Shown here one piece after another: positions 1-13,895 of a stretch of DNA of 64,000 bases. The DNA comes from Gammaproteobacteria bacterium. GTDB lineage: Bacteria; Pseudomonadota; Gammaproteobacteria; Steroidobacterales; Foliamicaceae. A program made the position numbers and the translations under genes. Location of the stretch: positions 899,324 to 963,323 of the forward strand of contig OZ243929.1 of the NCBI GenBank assembly GCA_965213995.1, given 5' to 3'. The number at the start of each line of letters is the position of its first letter. The stretch's first letter is position 1. The notes below the pieces were generated by a model. The model saw nothing but the letters and a program-made list of their open reading frames with translations, was not told the origin of the DNA and ran no database searches.

Positions 1-431
1 AAACTTGGATATCGGCAAAACCCAGGTTCCGCAAGGAGTCCCCGGACGAGGCAGACCCACCCAGCCATAGCGATGACAAACTATGATTCTGCTGTACATC
101 CTGAATCAGCCAAGTCAGTAGAGAAGCAGTAAATCTCTGTGCCGCAACCTCCACATCCTCAGTCAGGCGGGAACTTTCGCCCTGCCGGTCGTGGACCGCG
201 GAAACATTCGCTGCGGCCTGTCGGGCGGCAGTCACCAAGAGCATAGGCACCGTAGCAGCGGCGTCGCGCTGCGACGGTTCCAGTTCCGCAATTCTTAGGC
301 ACAGCTCTGCGGGCAATCCGTAGTAGCCGCCTTCGCGGCCCAAAACCTGTAGCGCTATAAGATCAAGAAAACGTCGGTTGATTTCGTATATCTCATTGAG
401 CCTTTTACCCTCTCCGCGCGCTTCGTCCATA
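1..431 (-). CDS. partial CDS (5' part, continues past left edge); hypothetical protein with FlhD-like N-terminus
   Basis: Own minus-strand translation; absent from the ORF track because no stop lies in the window. ATG at 431-429 preceded by GAGGAGGAGGGCT. Reads MDEARGEGKRLNEIYEINRRFLDLIALQVLGREGGYYGLPAELCLRIAELEPSQRDAAATVPMLLV... and stays open to base 1. The IYxIN..FL.L and LG..E....L..Q spacing resembles the FlhD N-terminus. Weak similarity, and the ORF is longer than FlhD. Confidence 0.4.
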
Positions 432-641
432 GCCCTCCTCCTCACATTGAGCCGCGCACTCCTGCCCTCCCTATATGCTGACAGGATGTCAATCCGACCG
501 AATCCGTACCACCGCATGGTGGCCGTCACGGGCCGGCTGCTATTGAGACAGCCTGCGGGATGCGGATCAACCCCAAAAAGGCGGTAAAAACACCCAATTT
601 TCGGTTGCATTTTCGATCCAGACTCGTTACATATTTACAAC

Positions 642-1211
642 ATGCGGATAACGCAAAGCCGTTACGCAGGGGAGTTGAACCGATTCGAACTCGCGATGCG
701 AATGCTGCGCCTGCAAGCGCGCACCGGCACTATCGCCCGTTATACAGGGCTGTCGAACGACCGGATACGCAAGGCTTACGCCAACTATGTGCTTGAGCAT
801 GGCCACAACAAGTTGCCGCGGCGCAAGCGCGGGCGGCCGCCGAGCCGAATCGGCCAATTCCTAAGCACGCCGCAAAGGATTTGCGAATCCACAGTTCTGG
901 CGGCGCTCTTCATGCATGCCGGGCTGCTCGCCCGCGACGAGTTGTCACGATGCCATGTTCCCCGGAATCTGACCCGGCTGATGATGGGGCTACGCCTTTG
1001 CGACGCCTACGACATGTACCGGACGCTGATTCCGCAGGGACATATCAACCTGGAGGTGGCTGCCATGCTGCTGCGGGCGATCGGCGAGACCCAGGACTTG
1101 ATCATTACCTTTTGCGGCGCCTGCCAAGCGGTTTACGTGCAGGATGCTTACGCGCTCGATTACGGTCGCGGGCCATGCTGCGACTGGATGCCCCGGGGCG
1201 CGCAGTGCTGA
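642..1211 (+). CDS. FlhC-like transcriptional activator (SetC/BisC-type)
   Basis: ORF track, ATG start. LAMRMLRLQARTGTIARYTGLSNDRIRKAY...RGRPP...CDAYDMY...FCGAC...PCC parallels FlhC (LAMELITLGAR..LSRGRLIKLY..KG..P, AYRLY, CxxC plus a second Cys pair). Confidence 0.55.
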   Translation: MRITQSRYAGELNRFELAMRMLRLQARTGTIARYTGLSNDRIRKAYANYVLEHGHNKLPRRKRGRPPSRIGQFLSTPQRICESTVLAALFMHAGLLARDELSRCHVPRNLTRLMMGLRLCDAYDMYRTLIPQGHINLEVAAMLLRAIGETQDLIITFCGACQAVYVQDAYALDYGRGPCCDWMPRGAQC

Positions 1212-1253
1212 TCGAATAGGCGGAACGTTCAGCGACGAACCGCCGCGGTCGAT

Positions 1254-2120
1254 TCAGGCTTCCCTTGCGGCCGCCGCCAGCTCGGCGACAAAGGCATCGA
1301 ACGTTCGCAGCGGATGACCGACCGCCTCCTCGGAAGCCGCCACCGCCGCCGCGTCCGCCGCCGGCGCGTTCCTCTGCATGGAAAGAAGCATTTTCTTCAG
1401 CGATTCCAGCAGCCACGGAGCGATAAAGGCCTTGATCGGCTCAGCCCATTTCTCGACATCGTCGCCGCCGTAGCGGACTTCGCGCCCGAAATAACGGGCA
1501 TACACCTCAGCCGCGCCTGGACCGCTGATGGTGTCCGGCCCGCATAGCTCGTATTCAGCGCCGGCATGCCCGTCCTCAGTGAGCGCGCGAACGGCGCAAT
1601 CGGCGATATCGCGGGTATCGACGCGGTTCGTGCCGATCGAGCCGATGGGCATGGGATAGATGCCGTATTCGCGCACCGCCTGCACAACGGAGAGGTCGGT
1701 CTGATTGAAGTAGCCGGGACGCAAAATGGTGTATTCGCAGCCGCTTTCACGGATCGCTTGCTCAATGGGCAGCTTGCTGCGGCTGTGGGGAATGGGAGGC
1801 TCCTGATCGGGCGCCTGCACCGATAGGAAAACGATCCGCCGGACGCCGGCCGTCCGCGCCGCGCTCACCGCATTGAGCCCGCGCGCGGTCTCGGTTTCAC
1901 CGTTGGCGGTAATCAGAAAAAGTCGATCGATACCGTCAAACGCCGCATCCAAGCCGGCGCCGGTCTCCAGATCCGCGATGGCACCGCTTGCACCCTGGGG
2001 AAGAGCGGAGAATTTCTCCTCCGAGCGACTAAGGGCACGTACCGAATGCCCTTGCGCAATGAGAGCGGAAACAGTGGGGCGGCCAACATTTCCGGTGGCC
2101 CCGGCAACAACGATCGGCAT
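1254..2120 (-). CDS. NmrA-family NAD(P)-binding oxidoreductase (atypical SDR)
   Basis: ORF 1254..2288 trimmed to the internal ATG (cat at 2118-2120). N-terminus MPIVVAGATGNVGRPTVSALIAQGHSVRALSR is a Rossmann GxxGxxG typical of NmrA-like proteins. Confidence 0.75.
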   Translation of the reverse strand: MPIVVAGATGNVGRPTVSALIAQGHSVRALSRSEEKFSALPQGASGAIADLETGAGLDAAFDGIDRLFLITANGETETARGLNAVSAARTAGVRRIVFLSVQAPDQEPPIPHSRSKLPIEQAIRESGCEYTILRPGYFNQTDLSVVQAVREYGIYPMPIGSIGTNRVDTRDIADCAVRALTEDGHAGAEYELCGPDTISGPGAAEVYARYFGREVRYGGDDVEKWAEPIKAFIAPWLLESLKKMLLSMQRNAPAADAAAVAASEEAVGHPLRTFDAFVAELAAAAREA

Positions 2121-2294
2121 ATGCGGTAATCCCTTGTTCTCAAATATCCGGCAGTACATGTTATACGAGCGGCCCCGCCGGCAGTTTCCCTGCATCTGTG
2201 GATGCAGCAGGCCGGGCAAGCGCCTTACTTCCGCTTCCTTTATGCTGTGGCTGATTTGTGCGGCGCAGAGCCGCCGGGGTAGAATCAAGCGGCC

Positions 2295-2591
2295 ATGACT
2301 GATGACCCCAACGCAATGCCTGCAGCCCGGCCATTCGAGATCGTTACTCTGGAACAGACCGAATCGCCCGACGGCTCGGAAGCGGATGACTGGTATCGCT
2401 ACGAACTAACCCAGGGCACTACCACCATCACCGGCTACAAGCAGGGCGAGGCTGAAGAAGTGCGCGAAGAGGTCGCCAGCCTGGTTTCGCGCCTCAACGA
2501 ACGCCGCGCCGGCAAAACCAGCCGGGTTCACCTCACGCGCATCGGGCGCAAAAGCCAGCAGCGCGCGCAGGCTCCGGCGGGCAGCAACTGA
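2295..2591 (+). CDS. hypothetical small protein
   Basis: 98-aa ORF in an otherwise empty intergenic slot with no competing ORF of better quality. No recognisable motif. Confidence 0.4.
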   Translation: MTDDPNAMPAARPFEIVTLEQTESPDGSEADDWYRYELTQGTTTITGYKQGEAEEVREEVASLVSRLNERRAGKTSRVHLTRIGRKSQQRAQAPAGSN

Positions 2592-2653
2592 CGCGGCGCC
2601 AGCACACACGGCGCGCCGGTTCAGTGCGACCGAATAATCGTGGACGCGGATCA

Positions 2654-3592
2654 ATGAGCATCGATGTGCTAGTCAGCGAAGTGGGGCCGCGCGACGGCCT
2701 GCAAAGCCTCAAAGCCATCATGCCCACCGAGGCCAAGAAGGCTTGGATCAAGGCGGAGGCCGAAGCAGGCGTGCCGGAAATCGAGGTGGGTTCCTTCGTG
2801 CCGCCCAAGCTGCTGCCGCAAATGGCCGACTGCGAGGAGCTGGTGCGTTACGCCGCCGCCATTCCCGGCTTGCAGGTCACCACGTTGGCGCCGAACCTGA
2901 AGGGCGTGGAGCGGGCGGTCGCCGCAGGCACGCACAAGGTCAGCATTCCTGTTTCCGCCAGCGAAACGCACAGCCGGTCAAACGTCCGCAAGGATCACGC
3001 CGAAATGCTGGAGGAAGTCCGGCGCATCACCGAGATGCTGGATGAGCTTGCCGAGGAGCGACGGCCCGTATTCGAGGCTGGCATCGCCACTGCGTTCGGC
3101 TGCACCATGGAAGGGCCGGTGCCCGAAAGCAAGGTGCTGGAACTGGCCCATGCGCTGGTGGAGGCGGGCTGCAAGGAAGTGGGGCTGTCCGACACCACCG
3201 GCTACGCTAATCCTGCCCAGATCCGGCGCTTGGTGCGCCTGGTTCGCTCTGAGATCGGCGAGGAGAAGCTCACCGGAGTGCATCTGCACAACACCCGCGG
3301 CTTGGGATTGGCCAACGCCGTGGCGGCGCTGGAGGAAGGCATCACCACCCTGGACAGCTCGCTAGGCGGCATTGGCGGCTGCCCCTTCGCCCCCGGCGCC
3401 AGCGGCAATATCGTGACCGAAGACTTGGTATTCATGCTGGAATCCATGGGGCTGAACACCGGCATCGACCTTAACCGGCTGCTGAAGGTGCGCGATGTGG
3501 TCGCCGCCGCGCTCCCGACCGCCGAAATGTACGGCTTCACCCCTGAAGCCGGACTGCCTCTAGGATTCCATCCCGGCTGGGGCACTGCCTAG
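2654..3592 (+). CDS. hydroxymethylglutaryl-CoA lyase (HMGL-like aldolase)
   Basis: ORF 2624..3592 trimmed to ATG 2654. Motifs EVGPRDGLQ, HLHNTRGLGLAN and GGCPFAPGASGN are typical of the HMG-CoA lyase family. Confidence 0.85.
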   Translation: MSIDVLVSEVGPRDGLQSLKAIMPTEAKKAWIKAEAEAGVPEIEVGSFVPPKLLPQMADCEELVRYAAAIPGLQVTTLAPNLKGVERAVAAGTHKVSIPVSASETHSRSNVRKDHAEMLEEVRRITEMLDELAEERRPVFEAGIATAFGCTMEGPVPESKVLELAHALVEAGCKEVGLSDTTGYANPAQIRRLVRLVRSEIGEEKLTGVHLHNTRGLGLANAVAALEEGITTLDSSLGGIGGCPFAPGASGNIVTEDLVFMLESMGLNTGIDLNRLLKVRDVVAAALPTAEMYGFTPEAGLPLGFHPGWGTA

Positions 3593-3610
3593 CCCGCATA
3601 TTGCACCAAG
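3589..3610 (+). repeat. 22-nt recurring motif CTAGCCCGCATATTGCACCAAG (copy a)
   Basis: Exact sequence read in the window. Its TAG (3590-3592) is the stop codon of the preceding gene. Other copies at 14711, 12035 (variant) and 34299 (reverse complement). Confidence 0.8.
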
Positions 3611-3629
3611 CTGCTTGCTAATCCTCCGG

Positions 3630-3750
3630 CCGCTTCGCCGTCCCGCTTCCCCGGAGATGCCAACAAGCACATCCCTGTGGGCTCCGCGGCGGCATCCATG
3701 CCGCCGAGGCTCCGGGGAAGCGGGACGGCGGAGCGGCCTTTAGCAGGCGC
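3630..3750. repeat. nested-hairpin intergenic repeat, copy 1
   Basis: Arms CCGCTTCGCCGTCCCGCTTCCCCGGAG (3630-3656) and CTCCGGGGAAGCGGGACGGCGGAGCGG (3710-3736) are complementary with 1 mismatch. 53-nt loop containing CATCCATGCC. Right flank CCTTTAGCAGGCGC. Confidence 0.85.
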
Positions 3751-3826
3751 AATCTCCCAAGGCCGCGACGACCCAGCCAAGTGGTCCGGGTAGACGGCCC
3801 GAGCAGGCGCAATCCCAAGCAGCCCC

Positions 3827-3959
3827 CCAGCTAAAGCCCTGTTCTTGCCCCTGCCTCGCGGGAGCGTCTGGGGCAGGATGCCCCAGCCGAGCCCCATGGA
3901 CGGGGTCATGCGTCTCCCGCGAGGCAGGGGCAAGAACAGGGCGAGGAGAACCCAAGGGC
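3827..3959. repeat. nested-hairpin intergenic repeat, copy 2
   Basis: Flank CCAGCTAAAGCC. Arm CTGTTCTTGCCCCTGCCTCGCGGGAG (3839-3864) is perfectly complementary to CTCCCGCGAGGCAGGGGCAAGAACAG (3914-3939). 49-nt loop with sub-hairpin CTGGGGCA-GGA-TGCCCCAG and CCATGG. Confidence 0.9.
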
Positions 3960-3967
3960 CCGCTGGC

Positions 3968-5443
3968 TCAGGGGAGTTCGGTTGAGCCCATCAGGTAGCG
4001 GTCGATTTCGCGGGCGGCTTCGCGGCCTTCGTTGATGGCGTTCACGATCAGCGACTGGCCGCGCCGGCAGTCGCCGGCGGCGAACACGTTTTCCGCGCTG
4101 GTGCGGTATGCGCCGTATTCGGCGCGGTAGTTGCCGCGAGCGTCGTAGGCCAAGCCCAATGCGTCGGAAACAGCATGTTCGGGGCGCAGAAAACCCATGG
4201 CCAACAACACCAGGCCAGCCGTCCATTCCCGCTCGCTGCCCGGCACGTTTTGGAACTTGCCGTCTTTCAATTCCACATCGACGGTGCGGATCCCCGCAAC
4301 CCGGCCCCCGGTTCCGTTGCCGCCGCACGCCACGAACTCCGTTGACGAAATCAGGTAAACGCGCGGATCCTTGCCGAACCGGGCCGCGGATTCCTGATGG
4401 CCGTATTCGGTGCGGAAAATCACCGGCCAAGTGGGCCAAGGATTATGCGGCGCGCGCGTCGCCGGCGGCTGCGGGAGCAGTTCGAAATTAACCAGGCTCT
4501 TGCAGCCGTGGCGAAGCGCCGTGCCGATGCAGTCGGTGCCGGTGTCGCCGCCGCCGATCACGATCACGTCCTTGTCTTTTGCGGAAATATAGTTGCCGTC
4601 GGCGAGATCGGAATCGAGCAGGCTGCGGGTATTCCGGGTCAGAAAATCCATCGCGTAATGCACGCCGTCGAGATCGCGCCCCGGTATGGGCAGGTCGCGC
4701 GGAACGGTCGCCCCGGTGGCCAGAAGCACGGCATCGTATTCCTTTGCCAGTTCGCGCGCGTCGATGGAGCCGCCGCTGCCGTCGCCGACCGGCGCGTTCA
4801 CGCGAAATTCCACGCCCTCCTCGCGCATCAGGCTCAAGCGCCGCTCGACGATTTCCACCTTGTCGAGCTTCATGTTGGGGATGCCGTACATTAAAAGGCC
4901 GCCGATGCGGTCGGCGCGCTCATGGATCACCGCCATGTGGCCGGCCCGGTTCAACTGTTGCGCTGCGGCCAGTCCGGCGGGGCCGGAGCCGATCACCGCA
5001 ACGCGCCGTCCGGTGCGGCGGGAAGGCGGCTCCGCGACGATCCAGCCCTCCTCGAAGCCCCGGTCGGCGATCGCCATCTCGATATCCTTGATGGTGACCG
5101 CGGGATCGGTGATGCCCAGCACGCAGGCGCCTTCGCAGGGCGCCGGGCATACCCGGCCGGTGAATTCGGGAAAGTTATTGGTCTTATGCAGGCGGGCGAG
5201 CGCTTCCCGCCACTGGTTCCGGTAGATGAGGTCGTTCCATTCCGGGATCAGGTTATGGATCGGGCAGCCGTCGTGCGACTGGCAAAACGGCACCCCGCAA
5301 TCCATGCAGCGCGCGCCCTGTTTGGCGAGCCGGCCGGCATCGGGTTCGGTGTAGATCTCCTTGAAGTCACGCAAACGCGCGTTGGCGTCGCGATACGGCG
5401 CCGCCGCGCGCGCATACTCCATGAACCCCGTGGCCTTGCCCAT
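3968..5443 (-). CDS. gltD: glutamate synthase (NADPH) small subunit
   Basis: ORF track, ATG start. [10 protein letters not shown] Fe-S motif, [10 protein letters not shown] and GGGDTGTDC nucleotide-binding motifs. Lies immediately downstream of gltB. Confidence 0.95.
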   Translation of the reverse strand: MGKATGFMEYARAAAPYRDANARLRDFKEIYTEPDAGRLAKQGARCMDCGVPFCQSHDGCPIHNLIPEWNDLIYRNQWREALARLHKTNNFPEFTGRVCPAPCEGACVLGITDPAVTIKDIEMAIADRGFEEGWIVAEPPSRRTGRRVAVIGSGPAGLAAAQQLNRAGHMAVIHERADRIGGLLMYGIPNMKLDKVEIVERRLSLMREEGVEFRVNAPVGDGSGGSIDARELAKEYDAVLLATGATVPRDLPIPGRDLDGVHYAMDFLTRNTRSLLDSDLADGNYISAKDKDVIVIGGGDTGTDCIGTALRHGCKSLVNFELLPQPPATRAPHNPWPTWPVIFRTEYGHQESAARFGKDPRVYLISSTEFVACGGNGTGGRVAGIRTVDVELKDGKFQNVPGSEREWTAGLVLLAMGFLRPEHAVSDALGLAYDARGNYRAEYGAYRTSAENVFAAGDCRRGQSLIVNAINEGREAAREIDRYLMGSTELP

Positions 5444-5454
5444 CGCGCTTGCGC

Positions 5455-10065
<4,611 letters not shown>

Positions 10066-10354
10066 CTAGCCGATCCTCAAACCGAGCGCCGCGCCACCCC
10101 GTTCCGGGCCGGCCGCGCTGCCGCCCCGTGACACGCCGTCAAAATAAGCGTTCGCTTGCTAAGCCTTGGTGCAAGCGCTTCTTGAGCGCTGGCGCAGCCC
10201 TCGCTGCGCGCCTGCGACCGATCCGCCGCAGGTGGCCTGAAATGCAAGCAAACCGGCGCTTCGCACAGAAGCGCCAGCGGCCTAGTCTTACAAAATCCAG
10301 CGGATAAATCAAATTCGGACCCTTAGATACCAGCAACGCCATGATCGAAACACT

Positions 10355-10681
10355 ATGAACAACAAAGCCGTACACTCGAATCCCAACATCATGCACGGCA
10401 CTCCGGTGTTTATCGGCATCCGGGTGCCGGCTCCCGGCCTTTGGGATTATTTGGAAGCAGGATGCAGTTTGGACGAGTACTTGGATCAGTTTCCTACAGT
10501 CAAACGTGAACAAGCCATGTGGCTAATTCAGCAGGCCAGCCAATCCGAGGACGGCCGTCATGGCGAATCCGCGCTTTGGAAGGACGGGCGCGCCGCGCAT
10601 GCCAGCAAGGCATCCACATCGACGGCCCGCTCGATGCCGTCGGCCCATGCGTCCAGCGCCGCCTCCACGGCGGCTCCATAG
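10355..10681 (+). CDS. DUF433-family (antitoxin-like) protein; C-terminus probably read-through
   Basis: N-terminal 65 aa (NPNIMHGTPVFIGIRVPAPGLWDYLEAGCSLDEYLDQFPTVKREQAMWLI) look like DUF433. The ORF then continues 124 nt antisense into the 3' end of cobQ. Sits in a local low-GC patch. Confidence 0.5.
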   Translation: MNNKAVHSNPNIMHGTPVFIGIRVPAPGLWDYLEAGCSLDEYLDQFPTVKREQAMWLIQQASQSEDGRHGESALWKDGRAAHASKASTSTARSMPSAHASSAASTAAP

Positions 10682-12054
10682 TCCAGGCTCGACTGCCCGG
10701 ACGCGCCTGCGCGCTGTAGCCAAGCGCGTCGGAACCCGTCCTGCGCGAACATGCCGTGAACATAGCTGCCTTCGATCAGGCCATCGGCGGAGCGCGCCCC
10801 GTCCGCCCGTCCGCCGAGGTCGAACATGGGTCGCTCGCAGTCCCCGCCGGTGGTTCGGCCAACGTGGATCTCGTAGCCGGTGACGGGCAGCCCGGTGCGC
10901 GCGCAGCGCCCTTCAACCGGACGCACGGCCTTGGGTCCCGACATTTCGGTGCGCACATCCAGCAGGCCCAGCCCAGGTTCCCGGCCTGCCCGGCCATCAA
11001 CGCCTTGCGCGTCCTCGATCCGCGAGCCGAGCATCTGGTAGCCGCCGCACAGCCCCAGCACCCGCCCGCCCGTGCGGGCGTGGGCGAGGATGTCATGGTT
11101 CCAGCCTTGGGCGCGCAGGAATTGCAAGTCGCCCAGCGTGGACTTGGTGCCGAACAGGATTGCCACATCGGCATCCCGGGGCAGGGGCCGTCCGGGCGGT
11201 ATCCAGCGAAAATCGATGCCCGGTTCCAGCCGCAGCGGATCCGCATCGTCGAAATTGGCCAAGCGGGACAGCATCGGCGCGACGATCCGAAGCTCGCCGC
11301 CCGGATGGCGGCGGCCGCCGTCGATCGCCACGGCATCCTCGGCCGGCAGAGCCGCCGCGCAGGCGAGCCAGGGAACCACGCCGAAGGAACGCCATCCGGT
11401 ATGCGCTTCAATAGCCGCCAAGCCGTTGTCGAACAACGAGGGATCGCCCCGGAACTTGTTGATCACAAAGCCCCGGACCATCGCCGCGTCCGGCGGCGCC
11501 AGCACGGCCTGCGTGCCGACGAGACTGGCGATCACGCCGCCCTTGTCGATATCGCCGACCAGGCACACAGGGACCCCGGCTCGCCGGGCGAATCCCATGT
11601 TGGCGATATCGCCGTCGCGCAGGTTGACCTCGGCGGGGCTGCCGGCGCCTTCCACAACGATCAGTTCGTAAGCGCCCATGAGCCGCTCGAAGCTCGCGAG
11701 CACCGTGTCCATGCGGGCGCCGCGCCGCGCCATGTAATCGGCGGCCTCCATGCTGCCGACCACCTTGCCCCGCACGATCACTTGCGCCCGCCGGTCCGTT
11801 TCCGGCTTCAGCAGAACCGGATTGAAATCGACTTCAGGCTCCAAGCCGGCAGCCTTGGCCTGCAACGCCTGGGCGCGACCGATCTCGCCGCCGACGCAGG
11901 CCGCCGCGTTGTTCGACATATTCTGGGGCTTGAACGGCGCCACCTTGATCCCGCGCCGGCGGGCGATGCGGCACAGCGCCGCAACGATGAGGGACTTGCC
12001 CGCATCGGATCCGGTGCCTTGCACCATCAAGGCTCTAGCCCGCATATTCGCCAA
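10558..12054 (-). CDS. cobQ: cobyric acid synthase
   Basis: GTGSDAGKS P-loop-like N-terminus and glutamine amidotransferase domain GLCGGYQMLG. The track start at 12054 is TTG. An in-frame ATG at 12045 (MRARALMVQG) is an alternative start. Confidence 0.9.
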   Translation of the reverse strand: MANMRARALMVQGTGSDAGKSLIVAALCRIARRRGIKVAPFKPQNMSNNAAACVGGEIGRAQALQAKAAGLEPEVDFNPVLLKPETDRRAQVIVRGKVVGSMEAADYMARRGARMDTVLASFERLMGAYELIVVEGAGSPAEVNLRDGDIANMGFARRAGVPVCLVGDIDKGGVIASLVGTQAVLAPPDAAMVRGFVINKFRGDPSLFDNGLAAIEAHTGWRSFGVVPWLACAAALPAEDAVAIDGGRRHPGGELRIVAPMLSRLANFDDADPLRLEPGIDFRWIPPGRPLPRDADVAILFGTKSTLGDLQFLRAQGWNHDILAHARTGGRVLGLCGGYQMLGSRIEDAQGVDGRAGREPGLGLLDVRTEMSGPKAVRPVEGRCARTGLPVTGYEIHVGRTTGGDCERPMFDLGGRADGARSADGLIEGSYVHGMFAQDGFRRAWLQRAGASGQSSLDYGAAVEAALDAWADGIERAVDVDALLACAARPSFQSADSP

Positions 12055-12056
12055 GG
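12035..12056 (+). repeat. 22-nt motif variant CTAGCCCGCATATTCGCCAAGG (copy b)
   Basis: Shares the first 14 nt exactly with the motif at 3589 and 14711. Spans the cobQ ATG (12045-12043) on the opposite strand. Confidence 0.6.
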
Positions 12057-12090
12057 AGCCGTCGGGGAGGGATGCCGGCCGGGGGGCTGG

Positions 12091-12891
12091 TCATAGCGGG
12101 CCTTCCATCTCCACGCGATCGCCTTCGACGCGGCCGCGAACCGCGTAAATCTCCGCGAGCCGGGACGCGCTCAGCGTCTCGGCGGGCGGGCCGTCGGCAA
12201 CGATGCGGCCGCCTTTCATCCAGATAAGCCGGTCCGCGTAGCGCCGGGCAAGCGCCACGTCATGAAGCACGGCCAGCGCGCCGCCGCCCTGATCCACGAA
12301 GTCGCGGATCAGGTCCATGACCCGGAACTGGTGGTGCGGGTCGAGTTCCGCGACCGGCTCATCAGCGATCAGCAAGGGCGCTTCGGCGGCGAACGCGCGG
12401 GCGCAATGCACTCGGGCCAGCTCGCCTCCGGACAGCGTCGCAGTGGAGCGACCGGCCAGCCGTTCGAGATCGCAAGCGGCCAGCGCGCGTTCCACGCCCT
12501 GCCGGTCGGCGCCCCGCAAACGGCCGAGCGCAGCGCCATGGGAAAATCGGCCGAGGGCGACCACGTCCCGAACCGGGTTCGACCAGGCCAGGGGGCGATT
12601 CTGCGGCAGGTAGGCCAGCCGCCGCGCCCGGTGCCTGGGGGGCATGCGGGCGGTGTCCTGTCCGTCGATCCGGGCCCAGCCCGACACCCGCGGCATCAGG
12701 CCGATAGCGCCCCTGAGCAGGCTGGTCTTGCCCGCGCCGTTGGGGCCGAGCAGAGCGACCAGTTCGCCGGGACGCAAGCGGAACGTGGCGCCTTGGACCA
12801 GCGTTGCGCCGACGGCGGCCAAGGTCAGCCCCCGCGCGCAAAGCCCCCGCGCGGAACTCCGCCAGTCCCCTCCGGCGGGCGGCTCAGTCAT
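12091..12891 (-). CDS. btuD: ABC transporter ATP-binding protein (FecE/BtuD type)
   Basis: Walker A GPNGAGKTSLL, signature LSGGELARV, Walker B LLIADEP. Lies in the operon with the FecCD permease and the btuB/btuF-like genes behind a B12 riboswitch. Confidence 0.8.
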   Translation of the reverse strand: MTEPPAGGDWRSSARGLCARGLTLAAVGATLVQGATFRLRPGELVALLGPNGAGKTSLLRGAIGLMPRVSGWARIDGQDTARMPPRHRARRLAYLPQNRPLAWSNPVRDVVALGRFSHGAALGRLRGADRQGVERALAACDLERLAGRSTATLSGGELARVHCARAFAAEAPLLIADEPVAELDPHHQFRVMDLIRDFVDQGGGALAVLHDVALARRYADRLIWMKGGRIVADGPPAETLSASRLAEIYAVRGRVEGDRVEMEGPL

Positions 12892-13882
12892 GGACGCTGC
12901 GCCGCCGCATGGCGATCCAAATAAAAGCCGGAGCGCCGACCAAAGCCGCCACCACGCCCAGCTTGAGTTCGTTGGCGGCGGGCATCAGCCGCACGCCGAT
13001 ATCCGCCAGCACGAGGATCAATCCCGCCAGCAGGGCCGACGGAAGCAGCGACCGCGCCGGGTCGTGATCCACCATGGGCCGCACGATGTGCGGCGCGACA
13101 ATGCCCACGAAGCCGATCACGCCGGCCAGCGCCACCGCCGCGCCGGTGGCCAAACCCGCGCCAACAACGATGGCCAGCCGCTGGCGGCGCAGGTTCAGCC
13201 CTACGCCGCTGGCGGCCTCTTCCCCCAGCGTCAGGGCCGACAGGCCGCGGCGGGAGGCAAACAGGACGCCAAGCCCCGCGATCATAAACGGCGCGGCGAA
13301 CCCCAAGTCCTGCAAGCTCCGGTTGGCGACCGAGCCCAGCATCCAATTAATCATGTCCGCCAAGTAGAAAGGGTTCGGGGCCAAGTTCATCATTAGGTTC
13401 ATGGCAGCGGCGGCAAAACTGGAAAGACCCACGCCAATGAGGATCAGCGTAACCACCGAAGTGGTCCGCAGCGCCGCCAAGGCGATCAGCCCGGTGCCTG
13501 CGAGCGCGCCCATGATCGCGGCTGCGGGCATGGCCCAGGCGCTGATCGCGGCGAAGCCGTAGTACAAAGCGCCGGTCGCTCCCAAGGAGGCCATCGCGGA
13601 AATGCCGAGCACGCCGGGTCCCGCCAGCGGATTGCGAAGCAGTCCTTGCAGCGCGGCGCCGCTGGCGCCGAGGGCCGCGCCCACGGCGAAGGCGGCGAGC
13701 GCGCGGGGCAAGCGGATATGCAGCACCACCAGCCGGTCGCCTTGATCGCCGCCGAGCGCCAGCGCGGCCAGAACCCGCTCCGCCCCCATGGGCGTTGAAC
13801 CCAGCAGGCAGGCGGCGAACAACGCCGCCGCGCAGGCGAGGATCAGCGCCGCGAACGCAATCCGCATGATCCGGCGCCGCAT
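12884..13882 (-). CDS. btuC: FecCD-family ABC permease (cobalamin/siderophore type)
   Basis: Polytopic membrane ORF 12884..13936. Start trimmed to the in-frame Met MRRRIMRIAFAALIL just downstream of the btuF stop; the start is uncertain. Overlaps btuD by 8 nt. Confidence 0.8.
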   Translation of the reverse strand: MRRRIMRIAFAALILACAAALFAACLLGSTPMGAERVLAALALGGDQGDRLVVLHIRLPRALAAFAVGAALGASGAALQGLLRNPLAGPGVLGISAMASLGATGALYYGFAAISAWAMPAAAIMGALAGTGLIALAALRTTSVVTLILIGVGLSSFAAAAMNLMMNLAPNPFYLADMINWMLGSVANRSLQDLGFAAPFMIAGLGVLFASRRGLSALTLGEEAASGVGLNLRRQRLAIVVGAGLATGAAVALAGVIGFVGIVAPHIVRPMVDHDPARSLLPSALLAGLILVLADIGVRLMPAANELKLGVVAALVGAPAFIWIAMRRRSVHD

Positions 13883-13895
13883 CGGCTGCACTGGC

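Noticed and set aside
10150-10185. Sigma-54-like element (TTGGTGCAAGCGCTTCTTG) upstream of gltB
   Set aside because: The GG is present, but the GC dinucleotide is not at the required 10-nt offset. The element is also on the wrong strand for gltB transcription.
10139-10513. 124-aa minus-strand ORF opposite the DUF433 gene
   Set aside because: It is antisense to an ORF with a recognisable DUF433-like N-terminus. It has no motif and an unusual composition.
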